Source: an uncultured delta proteobacterium (GTDB lineage Bacteria; Myxococcota; Kuafuiibacteriia; Kuafuiibacteriales; Kuafuiibacteriaceae). Taken from it: a stretch of 64,000 nucleotides of DNA. Positions 18,875-28,673 of this stretch are shown here, piece after piece. The notes under the pieces are model-generated. The model made no database searches. It saw only the letters and a program-made list of their open reading frames with translations, and was not told where the DNA came from. The number at the start of each line of letters is the position of its first letter. The first letter of the stretch is position 1. The stretch is taken from positions 256,001 to 320,000 of the forward strand of contig CAWDML010000007.1 in NCBI GenBank assembly GCA_963803435.1, in the 5' to 3' direction. The translations under genes and the position numbers were made by a program.

Positions 18875-20754
18875 AAAGCCTCCCCCAGGCTGAAGTGGAT
18901 CGCGAAGGGAGAGTTGGGATCGGGATCGTTCGGGCCCATGCGGTTGACCCGGAAGCCGGCGTCGAGCCGGACCACACCGACCGGGGTGGTGACCCGAACG
19001 CCCGGACCGACGGCGTAATGGAGGTTCGTGATGTCGAGGTCCGAGAGGTGCGCGACCACGTCCCCAGCATCGACGAAGGCGACCGCCCCGAACGTCTGTC
19101 CCCACGCCTTGAACAGGTCGACCCGCACCTCGAGGCTGCCCTCCAGCTCGGCCGTACCGCCGATCGGGAGCTCACCCCCCTCGGTGGACGGGACCATCGG
19201 CGACAGCCGGCGCCGCCCGAAGCCACGGTGACTGTCCGCGCCTCCGCCGAAGAACCGCTGCGGGATCGGGAGCGGCTCCCCGCTGAACAGCTCGGTGCCG
19301 AACATCGCCCGCGCCGCCACCACCACCCGCGGCCCGATCGGGACGTAGCCCCGCACCTCGGGGATGACCGTGAAATAGGACCCCGAGCTCCTCGAGAGCA
19401 CGTATCCGGCCTCAAAGCGCGTGCTCGCCCAGATCCCGGAGCGCGGCGTGATCGCGTCGTCCCGCCCGTCGTACGTGACGATCGGCGCGACGAAGCCGTA
19501 CGTGAGCGGATCGATCAAGCCGAACTCCGCGAGCTGGTCCTCGTTCAGATCGAAGAGGATGTTCGTGAACATTCGGTACTCGAAGTTGAAGTTGATGGCG
19601 GCGATCAGGCGGTCGTCGGCGAACCGCCGGGCCAGCGCAACCTTCCCGGTCGGACCGTTCATCGAGTAGCCGTCGAGCTGGACCATCCGATACTCCGCGC
19701 CGACCGTGCCCAGCAGGCGGGGGAAGATGAAGTCCTCCCGATCGAGCGACGCCCTGGCCTCCCAATTGAAGCCGGAGTTGCCGCCGCCCTTCTGGAGGAT
19801 CGCATACGACGGTCGCGCCTCGAGCCTGAGCGTCAGCAGGGGGTCGATGAAGCTCTTCTGCGAGTAGGCGATGCGGGCGCGGATCTCGTAGAACTCCGGC
19901 TCCAGCCCGAGCCCGGCGCCCAGCCGCAGCTCGTGACGCTTTCCCTGCTGGACCCGCGCGACGATGTCGACGACGTCCGTCGGATCCTTGCTCGCAGGAT
20001 CGAAGTGGATGTCCGAGATCAGCCCGCTCTCCAGGACCCGGGCCCGCGTCTTGTCGATGTCCGCCGGATCGAAGCGATCGCCCCGCTCCCACGCGACGCG
20101 GTTCATCACGAACGAGGGAGGAATCCCGCCCGTGCCCTCGACGCGCACCTCGCCGAAGCGACCCAGGGGCCCGGCCTCCACGTAGTAGTGCGCAACGGCG
20201 CGCCCGGTGCTCTCCTCGACCTCGAGCTTCGGTTCGACCTTGGCGTACGCGTACCCGGTGTTGGCGAGCTTCGTCTCGATCCGCGTGGAGCCGGTCATGA
20301 AGGCCTCGTACTCGATGGGCTTGCCCGTGGTCAGCCCCGTGATCCGAGCCAGCGCCTCCCGGTCCACCGACGGCTCCCGCGGCGCGCCGTCGACGTCGAC
20401 CTCCTCGAGCGTCGCGCGAGGGCCGGCCACCACCTTGAGGCGGATCTTTACGCCCTCCGAGGACTCGTCCACCTGCGCTTCCTCGACGGTCGCAGTGTAG
20501 TAGCCCCGCGAACGGAAGAAGGTCTCGACGCGCTGTCGATCGAGCGCCAGCGCGAGCGGCTCGTACTCGGCCTTGCTCTTGAAGACGAGGCCTGTCGGGG
20601 GATGGTTGGCGAGGTGATCGCGGACGTCGCCCGTATCGATGGACGCCTCCGAGTCGATCGTCACCTCGCGAACGATTCGTCCTTTCGCTCCAGCACAGCC
20701 GGTCGTGGCGATCGCGAACACGTAGAGATGGATGAGCCCCGGCCCGCGCGCCAC
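18871..20754 (-). CDS. tamA: Omp85 family outer membrane protein (TamA/BamA-like)
   Basis: Three POTRA-like domains, RFFGGGADSHRGF, FVDAGDV, TPVGVVRLD, HFSLGEAF terminus. Confidence 0.9.
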   Translation of the reverse strand: MARGPGLIHLYVFAIATTGCAGAKGRIVREVTIDSEASIDTGDVRDHLANHPPTGLVFKSKAEYEPLALALDRQRVETFFRSRGYYTATVEEAQVDESSEGVKIRLKVVAGPRATLEEVDVDGAPREPSVDREALARITGLTTGKPIEYEAFMTGSTRIETKLANTGYAYAKVEPKLEVEESTGRAVAHYYVEAGPLGRFGEVRVEGTGGIPPSFVMNRVAWERGDRFDPADIDKTRARVLESGLISDIHFDPASKDPTDVVDIVARVQQGKRHELRLGAGLGLEPEFYEIRARIAYSQKSFIDPLLTLRLEARPSYAILQKGGGNSGFNWEARASLDREDFIFPRLLGTVGAEYRMVQLDGYSMNGPTGKVALARRFADDRLIAAINFNFEYRMFTNILFDLNEDQLAEFGLIDPLTYGFVAPIVTYDGRDDAITPRSGIWASTRFEAGYVLSRSSGSYFTVIPEVRGYVPIGPRVVVAARAMFGTELFSGEPLPIPQRFFGGGADSHRGFGRRRLSPMVPSTEGGELPIGGTAELEGSLEVRVDLFKAWGQTFGAVAFVDAGDVVAHLSDLDITNLHYAVGPGVRVTTPVGVVRLDAGFRVNRMGPNDPDPNSPFAIHFSLGEAF

Positions 20755-20766
20755 GGTACGCGAGTC

Positions 20767-20782
20767 TGCATCGCGCATGCCG
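20767..20782 (-). promoter_or_regulatory. sigma54 -24/-12 element
   Basis: CGGCATGCGCGATGCA; C 14 nt before GTG 20754. Confidence 0.6.
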
Positions 20783-20804
20783 CGTTTGACTGGTGGGTCG
20801 CTCG

Positions 20805-20820
20805 GGGTACGGCGCTTGCA
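20805..20820 (+). promoter_or_regulatory. sigma54 -24/-12 element
   Basis: GGGTACGGCGCTTGCA; C 31 nt before ATG 20850. Confidence 0.75.
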
Positions 20821-20849
20821 AGTTTTCTCGGGTCACCAAGGAGGTCTTC

Positions 20850-21044
20850 ATGTTGACGAGCACCAGAAATGTAAAGGATCGGGTCTCGAACGGCGCAGGA
20901 GCACTCGTCTCCACCGCCAAAACCCAGAGCCGCAAGGTCCGAGAGTTTGCCATCGCCCACAAGGCGATCACTGTGGCCGGGCTTGTGGCGATCGGTGCGC
21001 TCGGTCTCGGTTTTTATGCGCTGATGCGTATCCGCAATCGGTGA
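20850..21044 (+). CDS. Small tail-anchored membrane protein (ElaB/YqjD-like topology)
   Basis: Strong RBS AAGGAGG; C-terminal TM helix followed by a basic tail. Confidence 0.65.
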   Translation: MLTSTRNVKDRVSNGAGALVSTAKTQSRKVREFAIAHKAITVAGLVAIGALGLGFYALMRIRNR

Positions 21045-21144
21045 GCCGAGCGGGCGCGCTCGGTGCGCCCTTCGCCGTGGCGGATCACCTCGGCACGACG
21101 TCCGGCGGCGCCGCATGAACGGCGTCGCAGGACGATCGTCGTCT

Positions 21145-21160
21145 TGGCGCGACAGCTGCA
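21145..21160 (+). promoter_or_regulatory. sigma54 -24/-12 element
   Basis: TGGCGCGACAGCTGCA; C 14 nt before GTG 21173. Confidence 0.7.
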
Positions 21161-21172
21161 AGCGTCTCCTCA

Positions 21173-22195
21173 GTGGACGCCGACGACGCCCGCGCGACCA
21201 ACACCGGCCGACGAGCGCTCGTGGTCATCGCCATCATCGCCGGCGTCCTGTTCCTCGAGCGCTCCCGCGACGTCACGATCCCGCTCGCCTTCGCGATCTT
21301 CCTGATCGCGCTCTTTTGGCCTCTCTACGTCCGCCTGGAGCGGCGGCTCCCTCCGAGCCTGGCAGCATTTCTCACGCTGTCCGTCTTCCTGATCGCGGTG
21401 GCGATCCTCGCGTTCGGCCTGATCCAGAGCGGCCGCGTGATCGCCGAGCAGGCGCCGCAGTACTCCGACGATGCCCGACGCTTCGCGGAGAAGCTCCAGG
21501 CGTGGTCGCGCCGCCACGAGCTCCCCATCCCGACCGTCGGCGAGCAGGTCTTCACCGCCATCCAGAGCGCCGCCGCCGACGTGGGAAAGTCGGTCTACGA
21601 TCTCCTGGCAGGCCTCTTCCTGGTGATCGCGTACATGGTCCTCGGGTTCATCGAGGTCCGCCGCATCCGGCGAAAGCTCGCCGAGACCGTCTCACGCGAT
21701 CGTGCGCTCACCTGGCTCGAGACCGCATCGACCATCGCGAGAGACTTCCAGCGCTACGTCCTCGTCCGCACCGGCATCGGCCTCATCACCGCGGTCGGCG
21801 TCGGCGTCGGAGCGTGGGCCATCGGGCTGCAGCTCGCCTTCATCTGGGCGCTCAGCTCGTTTCTTCTCAACTACATCCCGACGCTCGGCTCCATCCTGGC
21901 GGTGCTTCCTCCGGTCATCTTCGCCCTCGTCCAGAAGCAGAGCGCGAGCTACACCCTGCTCACGCTCGGCGTGATGGGCGGCTATCAGCTGATCATCGGC
22001 ATCTACATCGATCCGGTCCTCCAGGGGCGCTACCTGCGGCTCTCCCCGCTCCTGGTCGTCCTCTCCATCGTCTTCTGGAGCTGGATCTGGGGCATCCCGG
22101 GCGCCTTCATCGCGATGCCCGCCACCACCGTCATCCTCCTCATCTGCATGCACACCAAGTCCGCGCGCTGGGCGGCCAGGTTGCTGGTGCCGTAA
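21173..22195 (+). CDS. AI-2E family transporter
   Basis: IPLAFAIF, LLNYIPTLGS, LSPLLVVLSIVFWSWIWGIPGAFIAMP. Confidence 0.9.
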   Translation: MDADDARATNTGRRALVVIAIIAGVLFLERSRDVTIPLAFAIFLIALFWPLYVRLERRLPPSLAAFLTLSVFLIAVAILAFGLIQSGRVIAEQAPQYSDDARRFAEKLQAWSRRHELPIPTVGEQVFTAIQSAAADVGKSVYDLLAGLFLVIAYMVLGFIEVRRIRRKLAETVSRDRALTWLETASTIARDFQRYVLVRTGIGLITAVGVGVGAWAIGLQLAFIWALSSFLLNYIPTLGSILAVLPPVIFALVQKQSASYTLLTLGVMGGYQLIIGIYIDPVLQGRYLRLSPLLVVLSIVFWSWIWGIPGAFIAMPATTVILLICMHTKSARWAARLLVP

Positions 22196-22199
22196 CCGG

Positions 22200-23117
22200 T
22201 CAGACGGTCACCGGGCGGCGCTCCGAGGCCGTCCCGCTCCTCCGCTCGATCGCCTCGATCCGCTGCTCGAGCGGAGGGTGCGAGCGGAACAGCCCGCTCA
22301 GCGACGGACCGCCGCGGATGCCGAACGTCCTGAGACCGTCCGGGAGATCGGAGGGAAGCTCGGCGGCCTGCTGGAGCCGGCGGAGCGCGCCCACCATGCG
22401 GGCCGGGCCGACCAGGTCGGCGCTCCCGGCATCGGCGCGAAACTCTCGCCGCCGCGAGAACGCCATGACGATGAGGGTGGCGAGCAGCCCGAGGACGAGC
22501 TGCATAACGATGTTCGTGACCCAGAACCCGGGTCCACGCCCGCGTTCCTGTCGGAAGATCGTGCGATCGACGGCGACGCCGATGAGCCGGGCCACGAAGA
22601 TGACGAAGGTGTTGAGCACTCCCTGGAGCAAGGCCATCGTCACCATGTCCCCGTTCGCGACGTGCGTGATCTCGTGCCCGAGGACCGCCTCGATCTCGTC
22701 ACGGTTCATCGTGCGGAGGAGGCCGGTGGAGACGGCGACGAGCGCATGATCGCGGCGGGCGCCGGTGGCGAAGGCGTTAACGTCGGGGCTCTCGAACACA
22801 CCGATCTCCGGCATGCCGATCTTGGATCGACGTGCGAGCTCGGCGATCGTATCGAACAACCAGCGCTCACCCTCGGAGGCGGAGCCGTCGATCATCGTCA
22901 GCTGCATCGACGAGCGCGCCAGCCACTTCGACAACGCCAGCGAGACGAAGGCGCCGCCGAAGCCGAACAGCGCAGCCACCAGCAGCACGCTGCGGTAGTC
23001 GAGACCGATCTCGGCCTGGATCCACCGATCGATGCCGAGCAGCTTCAGCGCGACCGAGAGGACGAGCAGAACGCCCAGGTTCGTCGCCAGGAACAAGCTG
23101 ATCCGCTTGAGGTACAC
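22200..23117 (-). CDS. htpX: Protease HtpX (M48B)
   Basis: KRISLFLATN, NAFATG, LGHEITHVANGDMVTM, FSRRREFRAD, SHPPLEQRI. Confidence 0.95.
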   Translation of the reverse strand: MYLKRISLFLATNLGVLLVLSVALKLLGIDRWIQAEIGLDYRSVLLVAALFGFGGAFVSLALSKWLARSSMQLTMIDGSASEGERWLFDTIAELARRSKIGMPEIGVFESPDVNAFATGARRDHALVAVSTGLLRTMNRDEIEAVLGHEITHVANGDMVTMALLQGVLNTFVIFVARLIGVAVDRTIFRQERGRGPGFWVTNIVMQLVLGLLATLIVMAFSRRREFRADAGSADLVGPARMVGALRRLQQAAELPSDLPDGLRTFGIRGGPSLSGLFRSHPPLEQRIEAIERRSGTASERRPVTV

Positions 23118-23128
23118 GTGCGGATCAA

Positions 23129-23144
23129 TGCACGTTTCGGACCG
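23129..23144 (-). promoter_or_regulatory. sigma54 -24/-12 element
   Basis: CGGTCCGAAACGTGCA; C 13 nt before GTG 23117. Confidence 0.6.
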
Positions 23145-23147
23145 GCG

Positions 23148-24200
23148 CTACTCCCGCTTCAAGCCGTCCTTCGCGATCGTCATTCGAACGATCGCCTTGA
23201 GGATCACGTTCCGTTTCACCTCGCCGAGCACCTCGCGGAGGTCGTGATAGATCTGCGGGTCCTTGAGCAGGCCGCCGATCGTCCCCTGGCCGTGGTCGAC
23301 CTCGTCCAGGATGCGCCGCAGCGTCGCGGCCGCATCGCTCAGATCGCGCCCGATGCCCTCCCCGCCGGCGCCCTTCCGCACGTCGCCCATCAACCCGTGC
23401 AGCTCCTCCAGCGCCCCGGAGAGCTCCGCAAAGGCGTCGCGCGCCCGCTCGTCGTAGATGGCGGCGTGGGCGAGTCCATCTCCATGCTCGACCTGATCGA
23501 GGATCCGTTCCGCGGAATCGACCGCCCGATCCAGGCGGGTCAAGGCGCGGCGCGCGGAGGCCATCGTGCCTCCGGCGTCCTTGGCCAGCTGCTCGTCGTA
23601 GATGAGGTTGTGCGCGAGCCCATGCCCCTGCTCGACCTTCGCCATCACGTTGGCGAGCGAGCGGGCGATCCGGTTGACGTCCGTCGCCAGGTCCGGGGTC
23701 AGCACGGTCTCGAGGCGGTCGCGCACCACGTTGGAGATCTCCTCCACATTCTTTGCGCCGGTCTCCAGGGCCGCCACCACCTCCGCGATCCCGCGCGGAC
23801 CCTGGCTCTTCAACCGGTCGCCATCGTGGACGGCCGGTGCAGTCTCGCTCCCCAGGCTGATCTCGATCAGCGGATCACCGAGCAGTCCGCGCGTGTCGAT
23901 CGTCGCGACCGAATCTTCGCGGATGCGATCGAGGTACCGCTCGTCGACCGACATCACCACGACGACCTCGTTCTGCTTCTCGGGCAGGTAGACCCGGGAG
24001 ACCTGCCCGATCTGCATGCCGGCCAGCCGCACCGATGCGCCCGGGACCAACCCGGTGACGTCTTCGAAGGCAGCATCCAACGTCACCGTCTCTCCGAACA
24101 GCGAGGCGGCCCCTTTGAGGACCACGAGCATCAACGCCAGCCCTATCGCTGCCAGCACGATCACCGTGCCGACCCGGATCCTTCTCGTGGTCTCGTTCAT
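23148..24200 (-). CDS. mlaD: MCE/MlaD family protein with long helical region
   Basis: N-terminal TM, FEDVTGLVPGASVRLAGMQIGQV, GLLGDPLIEISLG. Confidence 0.9.
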   Translation of the reverse strand: MNETTRRIRVGTVIVLAAIGLALMLVVLKGAASLFGETVTLDAAFEDVTGLVPGASVRLAGMQIGQVSRVYLPEKQNEVVVVMSVDERYLDRIREDSVATIDTRGLLGDPLIEISLGSETAPAVHDGDRLKSQGPRGIAEVVAALETGAKNVEEISNVVRDRLETVLTPDLATDVNRIARSLANVMAKVEQGHGLAHNLIYDEQLAKDAGGTMASARRALTRLDRAVDSAERILDQVEHGDGLAHAAIYDERARDAFAELSGALEELHGLMGDVRKGAGGEGIGRDLSDAAATLRRILDEVDHGQGTIGGLLKDPQIYHDLREVLGEVKRNVILKAIVRMTIAKDGLKRE

Positions 24201-24950
24201 GCGCACCTCACATCCGAGCCGCCATCGAGGAACGCCCGCACCTCCTCCGTGCGCGAGCTCCGGAAGGACTCGACATCGGCGGCCTCGATGATCCGCCCTT
24301 CCACCAGCAGCGCCATCCGATCGGCGATCGCGAAGGCGCTCTGGAGATCGTGCGTCACCATCACCGACGTGACGCCGATGCGGCTTCTCAGGCGCGCGAT
24401 CAGCGCGATGACGCGGCGCGTGTTGCTCGGATCGAGGCCCGCGGTCGGCTCGTCGTAGAGCAGCACCTCGGGCTTGGTCGCCAGCCCGCGGGCCAGGGCC
24501 ACGCGCTTCTTCATCCCACCCGAGAGCTGCGCCGGTAGGGCGCTCTCCTCTTCCTCGAGGCCCACCATCTCCAGCTTCTCCCTCACCTCCTCCGCCACTC
24601 GCTCCTCGTCGTCGCCGGCCTCGCGGAGCGGGAAGGCGACGTTGTCGAACACGCTCATCGAGTCGAAGAGCGCGCTCTCCTGGAAGACCAGTGAGAGACG
24701 GCGACGCACGCGGCGCAGCTCCCGCTCCCTCAAGGAGGTCAGAATCTTGACCTTCGAAGAACACGTGACCCGCATCGGCGCGCTCGAGCCCGATGATCGT
24801 TCGCAGGAAGACACTCTTGCCGCTGCCCGACTCTCCGAGGACCGCGAGGATCTCGCCGCGCTCGATCGAGAGGTCGAGGTGGTCGAGGATCAGCTTGCCG
24901 CCGAACGACTTCGTCAGCCCCTCGATGCGGATGAGCGGCTCCATTCCCAC
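24197..24950 (-). CDS. mlaF: MlaF/Mkl ABC ATPase (apparent +1 frameshift at 24742-24746)
   Basis: GESGSGKS in one frame; VFQESALFDS, LSGGMKKRV, YDEPTAGLDP, VTHD in the next. Removing one T from CAAGATTCTG joins them. Confidence 0.9.
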
Positions 24951-24951
24951 C

Positions 24952-25695
24952 TCAGTACCCGATCCGGTAGAAGAGCGTGGTCATGATGAAGTCGGCGAAG
25001 AGGACCACGATCGCGCTGGCGACCACGGTCTTGGTGGCCGCCGATCCGACCTCGCGCGTCCCCGCCCGGACCGCCAGCCCCTGGTAGCAGGCGATCGTCC
25101 CCACGATGATTCCGAAGACGATCGTCTTCGCCACGCCGCCGAGGAAGTCGGACGCAAACACGAGGTCCCGCGTGGTGTAGATGAAGTAGATCGGGCGAAC
25201 GTGGTACTCGAGCCGCGAGATCAGCATCGCTCCGCCCACGCCCAGAAGGTCGGCGATGATGGTGAGCAGCGGAAAGGCGATCACGCAGGCGATGATCCGG
25301 GGCCCCACCAGCTTCTCGTCGGGGTCGGCTCCCATCGCGCGCAACGCCGCCACCTGGTCGGTCACCTTCATCGCGCCCAGCTCGGCGGCGATCCCGGCGC
25401 CGATGCGCGCGCCGGCGGTCAGCGTCGTGATGACCGGCCCGAGCTCGCGGAAGATCGCGACCGTCACGACCGGTCCGACGTACTGAATGCTCCCGAATCG
25501 CTCGAACTGCATGCCGATCTGGAACGTCATCACCATGCTCGAGAACATCGCCGTCAGCACCACGATCGGGAGTGATGAAAACGCCGCCGAGTCGAGCTGC
25601 TGCATCAGGTCGAGCTTCCAGAAGCGCCGCACGCTGGCGACGAAGCCTCGCCCGAGCAGCTCGGCCGCCTCCCCGACCGCCTCCATCGCGGGCAT
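24952..25695 (-). CDS. mlaE: MlaE ABC permease
   Basis: SLPIV, RELGPVIT, AELGAMKVTDQVAALRAMG, EVGSAATKTVV. Confidence 0.92.
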   Translation of the reverse strand: MPAMEAVGEAAELLGRGFVASVRRFWKLDLMQQLDSAAFSSLPIVVLTAMFSSMVMTFQIGMQFERFGSIQYVGPVVTVAIFRELGPVITTLTAGARIGAGIAAELGAMKVTDQVAALRAMGADPDEKLVGPRIIACVIAFPLLTIIADLLGVGGAMLISRLEYHVRPIYFIYTTRDLVFASDFLGGVAKTIVFGIIVGTIACYQGLAVRAGTREVGSAATKTVVASAIVVLFADFIMTTLFYRIGY

Positions 25696-26234
25696 CAACA
25701 AGGCTCGACGCTGCACGCCCAGCCCTCCTGCTTCTCTCCGACCAGCGACCTCTCACCGCCCGCGGCCTCGAACCCCTCAACGAAGCGATCGAAGTCGGGT
25801 CGGGCGGTGACGAGCTCCTCGGGGCTGGCGGTCAGCCCCAGATCGTAGATGCATCCGTTCTTCATCATCACGATCGCATCGAGCCCGATCGGGACGCCGT
25901 CCATCTCGCCCTGCACGGTCACCCGCAAGCCCTTGCGGCCGGCGATGGTGATCTCGCGCCTCTGCTCGCTCTTCACGTCGATGCCGTAGATGAGATTGTT
26001 GGCGAGGATGTCGAGGGGCGCGTCTTCCTTCTTGCACTCGACGTTGGCGTAGATGGTCCCACCGCCGGGCGCCCGAAAGGCGACGTCGCTCTTGGCGTCG
26101 ACCTGCCGCCAGCGCGGCGGTAGCGGGCCGACGCGAAAAACGACGTGATCGCCGCGGTAGACACCGTTGGCAAACGTGGCACCCCCGCAGCCTGCGAGGA
26201 GGGCAAGACCGACGGCATGGACGACGCGCCTCAC
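25695..26234 (-). CDS. Small lipoprotein leading the mla operon
   Basis: LLAGC lipobox; KNGCIYDL; stop overlaps the mlaE ATG. Confidence 0.7.
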   Translation of the reverse strand: MRRVVHAVGLALLAGCGGATFANGVYRGDHVVFRVGPLPPRWRQVDAKSDVAFRAPGGGTIYANVECKKEDAPLDILANNLIYGIDVKSEQRREITIAGRKGLRVTVQGEMDGVPIGLDAIVMMKNGCIYDLGLTASPEELVTARPDFDRFVEGFEAAGGERSLVGEKQEGWACSVEPC

Positions 26235-26407
26235 GACCCCGGAAGAGGTCCACGACGCGTGCCAGCTCGGCGGATTCACCATTCGCGATCGATCTGCGCG
26301 ATGGATCCCGGTCCTCGAGCGTCTTCGGGTTGGGGCGACTTGGGACTCGCGGGGCCATCTGACTCACCTGATCCCGAGGGTTCTCTCCATTTCGCAGTGC
26401 GTTGTCA

Positions 26408-26423
26408 TGGTCTGAGGGGTGCA
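26408..26423 (+). promoter_or_regulatory. sigma54 -24/-12 element
   Basis: TGGTCTGAGGGGTGCA; C 15 nt before ATG 26437. Confidence 0.65.
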
Positions 26424-26436
26424 GGCCGGCGGGCGC

Positions 26437-27846
26437 ATGAAGCTCGATGGACGGCTCATCGTGCTCACGAATCGCGAGCCCTTCGCGGTCTCCGAGCGCG
26501 ACGGAAAGCGGATGGTGGAGCGACCCACGGGGGGGTTGATCGCGGCGCTCGAGCCTGCGATGCGATCGACGCGCGGCGTCTGGATCTCGAGCGATGAGCA
26601 CGACGCGGCCGACGATCCCGACGTGGCCGCGCAGATCGCCCCGCTCGAGTATTCGTGGCGCCCGGTCGCGATCCCGCGCGAGCTCTACGAGGGCTATTAC
26701 TTCGGCCTGGCGAATCAAGCGCTGTGGCCCCTGTATCACTCACGGCCGAGCGCGGCCGTCTATCTCCGCTCGCAATGGGACCAGTACCACAAGGTCAACG
26801 ACATGTTCGCCGAGGTCACCCACAGCGCGCTCGTGCCGCAGGACGTGGTCTGGATCCACGACTACCAGCTCAGCCTGGTGCCCCACGCGCTCAGGCGCCG
26901 AGGCCTCCCACCGGGGCTGCGGATCGGCTTTCTGCTCCACGTCCCCTTCCCCTCGTACGAGCTGTTCCGCACCTTCCCGTGGGGCAAGGAGGTGCTCGAG
27001 GGCATGCTGGGGGCGAGCCTGATCGTCTTTCACGTCATCGAGTACTGCGAGCACTTCTTCGACTGCGTCGAGCATCTCCTGAACCTCCGCTGCGATCGCC
27101 TGCGCGGCCGGATCCGGTATCAGGACCGCTGGGTCAACGTGCGCGCCGTCCCCATCGGGATCGACACCGACCAGATCTACCGGACCATCGACACGCCCGA
27201 GACGCAGCAGAGGGCCGCGGAGATCAAGGCCAGCCTCGGCACCGAACACCTGGTCCTCGGGGTCGATCGCCTCGACCACACCAAAGGCATCAAGGAGCGG
27301 CTGCAAGCGTTCGAGATCTTTCTCGGCCGACACGAACAGTGGCGAAACAAGGTCACGATGGTGCAGATCGCCGTGCCGAGCCGGGACCGCATCGAGGACT
27401 ATCAGCAGCTCCGGATCGAGATCGAGCAGCAGGCCGGTCACCTCAACGGGCTCTTCGGCAACCCACGATGGACGCCGCTGACCCTGATGGTCCGCTCGGT
27501 CCCCTTCGATGAGCTGATCGCCTACTATCTCGCCGCAGATGTGGCGATGGTGACGCCGCTCCGCGACGGGATGAATCTGGTGGCCAAAGAGTACGTGGCG
27601 GCCCACCGGGATCGCCCCGGCGTGCTGATCCTGAGCGAGTTCGCCGGTGCCGCACAGCAGCTCACCGAGGCCGATCTGGTCAATCCCTACGACACTGACG
27701 GCATGGCGGAGTCGCTCCATCGTGCGCTCGCGCTCCTCCCGGACGTGCCGCGGCGACCGATGCGATCCATGAACGCGAAGGTGGCGCGGTTCGACATTCG
27801 CTACTGGATGGACTGCTTCCTCAGCGAAATGCTGTATGTGGATTGA
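26437..27846 (+). CDS. otsA: Trehalose-6-phosphate synthase (GT20)
   Basis: [58 protein letters not shown]. Confidence 0.95.
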   Translation: MKLDGRLIVLTNREPFAVSERDGKRMVERPTGGLIAALEPAMRSTRGVWISSDEHDAADDPDVAAQIAPLEYSWRPVAIPRELYEGYYFGLANQALWPLYHSRPSAAVYLRSQWDQYHKVNDMFAEVTHSALVPQDVVWIHDYQLSLVPHALRRRGLPPGLRIGFLLHVPFPSYELFRTFPWGKEVLEGMLGASLIVFHVIEYCEHFFDCVEHLLNLRCDRLRGRIRYQDRWVNVRAVPIGIDTDQIYRTIDTPETQQRAAEIKASLGTEHLVLGVDRLDHTKGIKERLQAFEIFLGRHEQWRNKVTMVQIAVPSRDRIEDYQQLRIEIEQQAGHLNGLFGNPRWTPLTLMVRSVPFDELIAYYLAADVAMVTPLRDGMNLVAKEYVAAHRDRPGVLILSEFAGAAQQLTEADLVNPYDTDGMAESLHRALALLPDVPRRPMRSMNAKVARFDIRYWMDCFLSEMLYVD

Positions 27847-27848
27847 GT

Positions 27849-27864
27849 TGGTATGGGCTCTGCT
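27849..27864 (+). promoter_or_regulatory. sigma54 -24/-12 element
   Basis: TGGTATGGGCTCTGCT; C 14 nt before ATG 27877. Confidence 0.75.
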
Positions 27865-27876
27865 TTGTGGAGCCCC

Positions 27877-28416
27877 ATGGCCAAGCCTTTCGAATTCGAC
27901 ATCAAGTCCGTACGAAACCACGCGCGCGAGTCCCTGCGTGACGGTCCGGTCACCGAAGCCTACGGGCTCGACCGAGAGCAGGTGGTCGAGTCGTTGAACG
28001 ACGTCCTCGCCACCGAGGTGGTGTGCTCGCTCCGCTATCGCTATCACTACTACGTGGCGGACGGGATCCACGGGCGCTCGGTCGCCGGAGAGCTCCTCGA
28101 GCACGCCAACGAGGAGTCCCAGCACGCGGACTGGGTGGCCGAGCGGATCACGCAGCTCGGCGGCAAGCCGCAGCTCGATCCCGCCGAGATCAGCCGCCGA
28201 TCGCACGTGCAGTACCAGACCGGCAGCACGCTCATCGAGATGCTGCGCGAGGACCTGATCGCGGAGCGGATCGCGATCGAGACCTACTCGCAGCTCATCC
28301 GTTGGCTAGGAGACAAGGATCCCACCACTCGGCGGCTGATGGAGCGGATCCTGAGAACCGAAGAGGAGCACGCCACCGATCTGACCGATTTCCTCGCCCG
28401 GTTTCCGGACAGCTAG
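27877..28416 (+). CDS. Ferritin-like (bacterioferritin/DPSL-type) protein
   Basis: LNDVLATE, EHANEESQHAD, RITQLGG, EDLIAERIAI, DPTTRR, EEEHA. Confidence 0.92.
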   Translation: MAKPFEFDIKSVRNHARESLRDGPVTEAYGLDREQVVESLNDVLATEVVCSLRYRYHYYVADGIHGRSVAGELLEHANEESQHADWVAERITQLGGKPQLDPAEISRRSHVQYQTGSTLIEMLREDLIAERIAIETYSQLIRWLGDKDPTTRRLMERILRTEEEHATDLTDFLARFPDS

Positions 28417-28425
28417 ACACGCACC

Positions 28426-28608
28426 TCACCTCCAGCGTTGCAGCTCTCTCCCCGAGACCAGCGCCGCGAGCAGCGCGATCGCCGCCAGGATCACGAACCC
28501 CCAGAAGAGGACCTGCGCGATCGACGCCGCTCCCGCGGCGATCCCACCGTAGCCGAAGACCGCCGCGATCAGCGCGACCACGAAAAAGGCCAACGCAAGT
28601 TTCAGCAT
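28426..28608 (-). CDS. DUF1328 family small membrane protein
   Basis: MLKLALAFFVVALIAAVFGYGGIAAGAASIAQVLF. Confidence 0.92.
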   Translation of the reverse strand: MLKLALAFFVVALIAAVFGYGGIAAGAASIAQVLFWGFVILAAIALLAALVSGRELQRWR

Positions 28609-28638
28609 GAGAGCATCTCCTTTCCTACGCCCTCAGGG

Positions 28639-28654
28639 TGCAGGGCGCAGGCCA
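28639..28654 (-). promoter_or_regulatory. sigma54 -24/-12 element
   Basis: TGGCCTGCGCCCTGCA; C 32 nt before ATG 28608. Confidence 0.6.
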
Positions 28655-28673
28655 GCGCCCCCAGGGCTCGAGG

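Noticed and set aside
23148-24950. 600-aa ABC ATPase-MCE fusion
   Set aside because: Artefact of the +1 frameshift at 24742-24746; mlaF and mlaD are separate genes with an overlapping stop and start.
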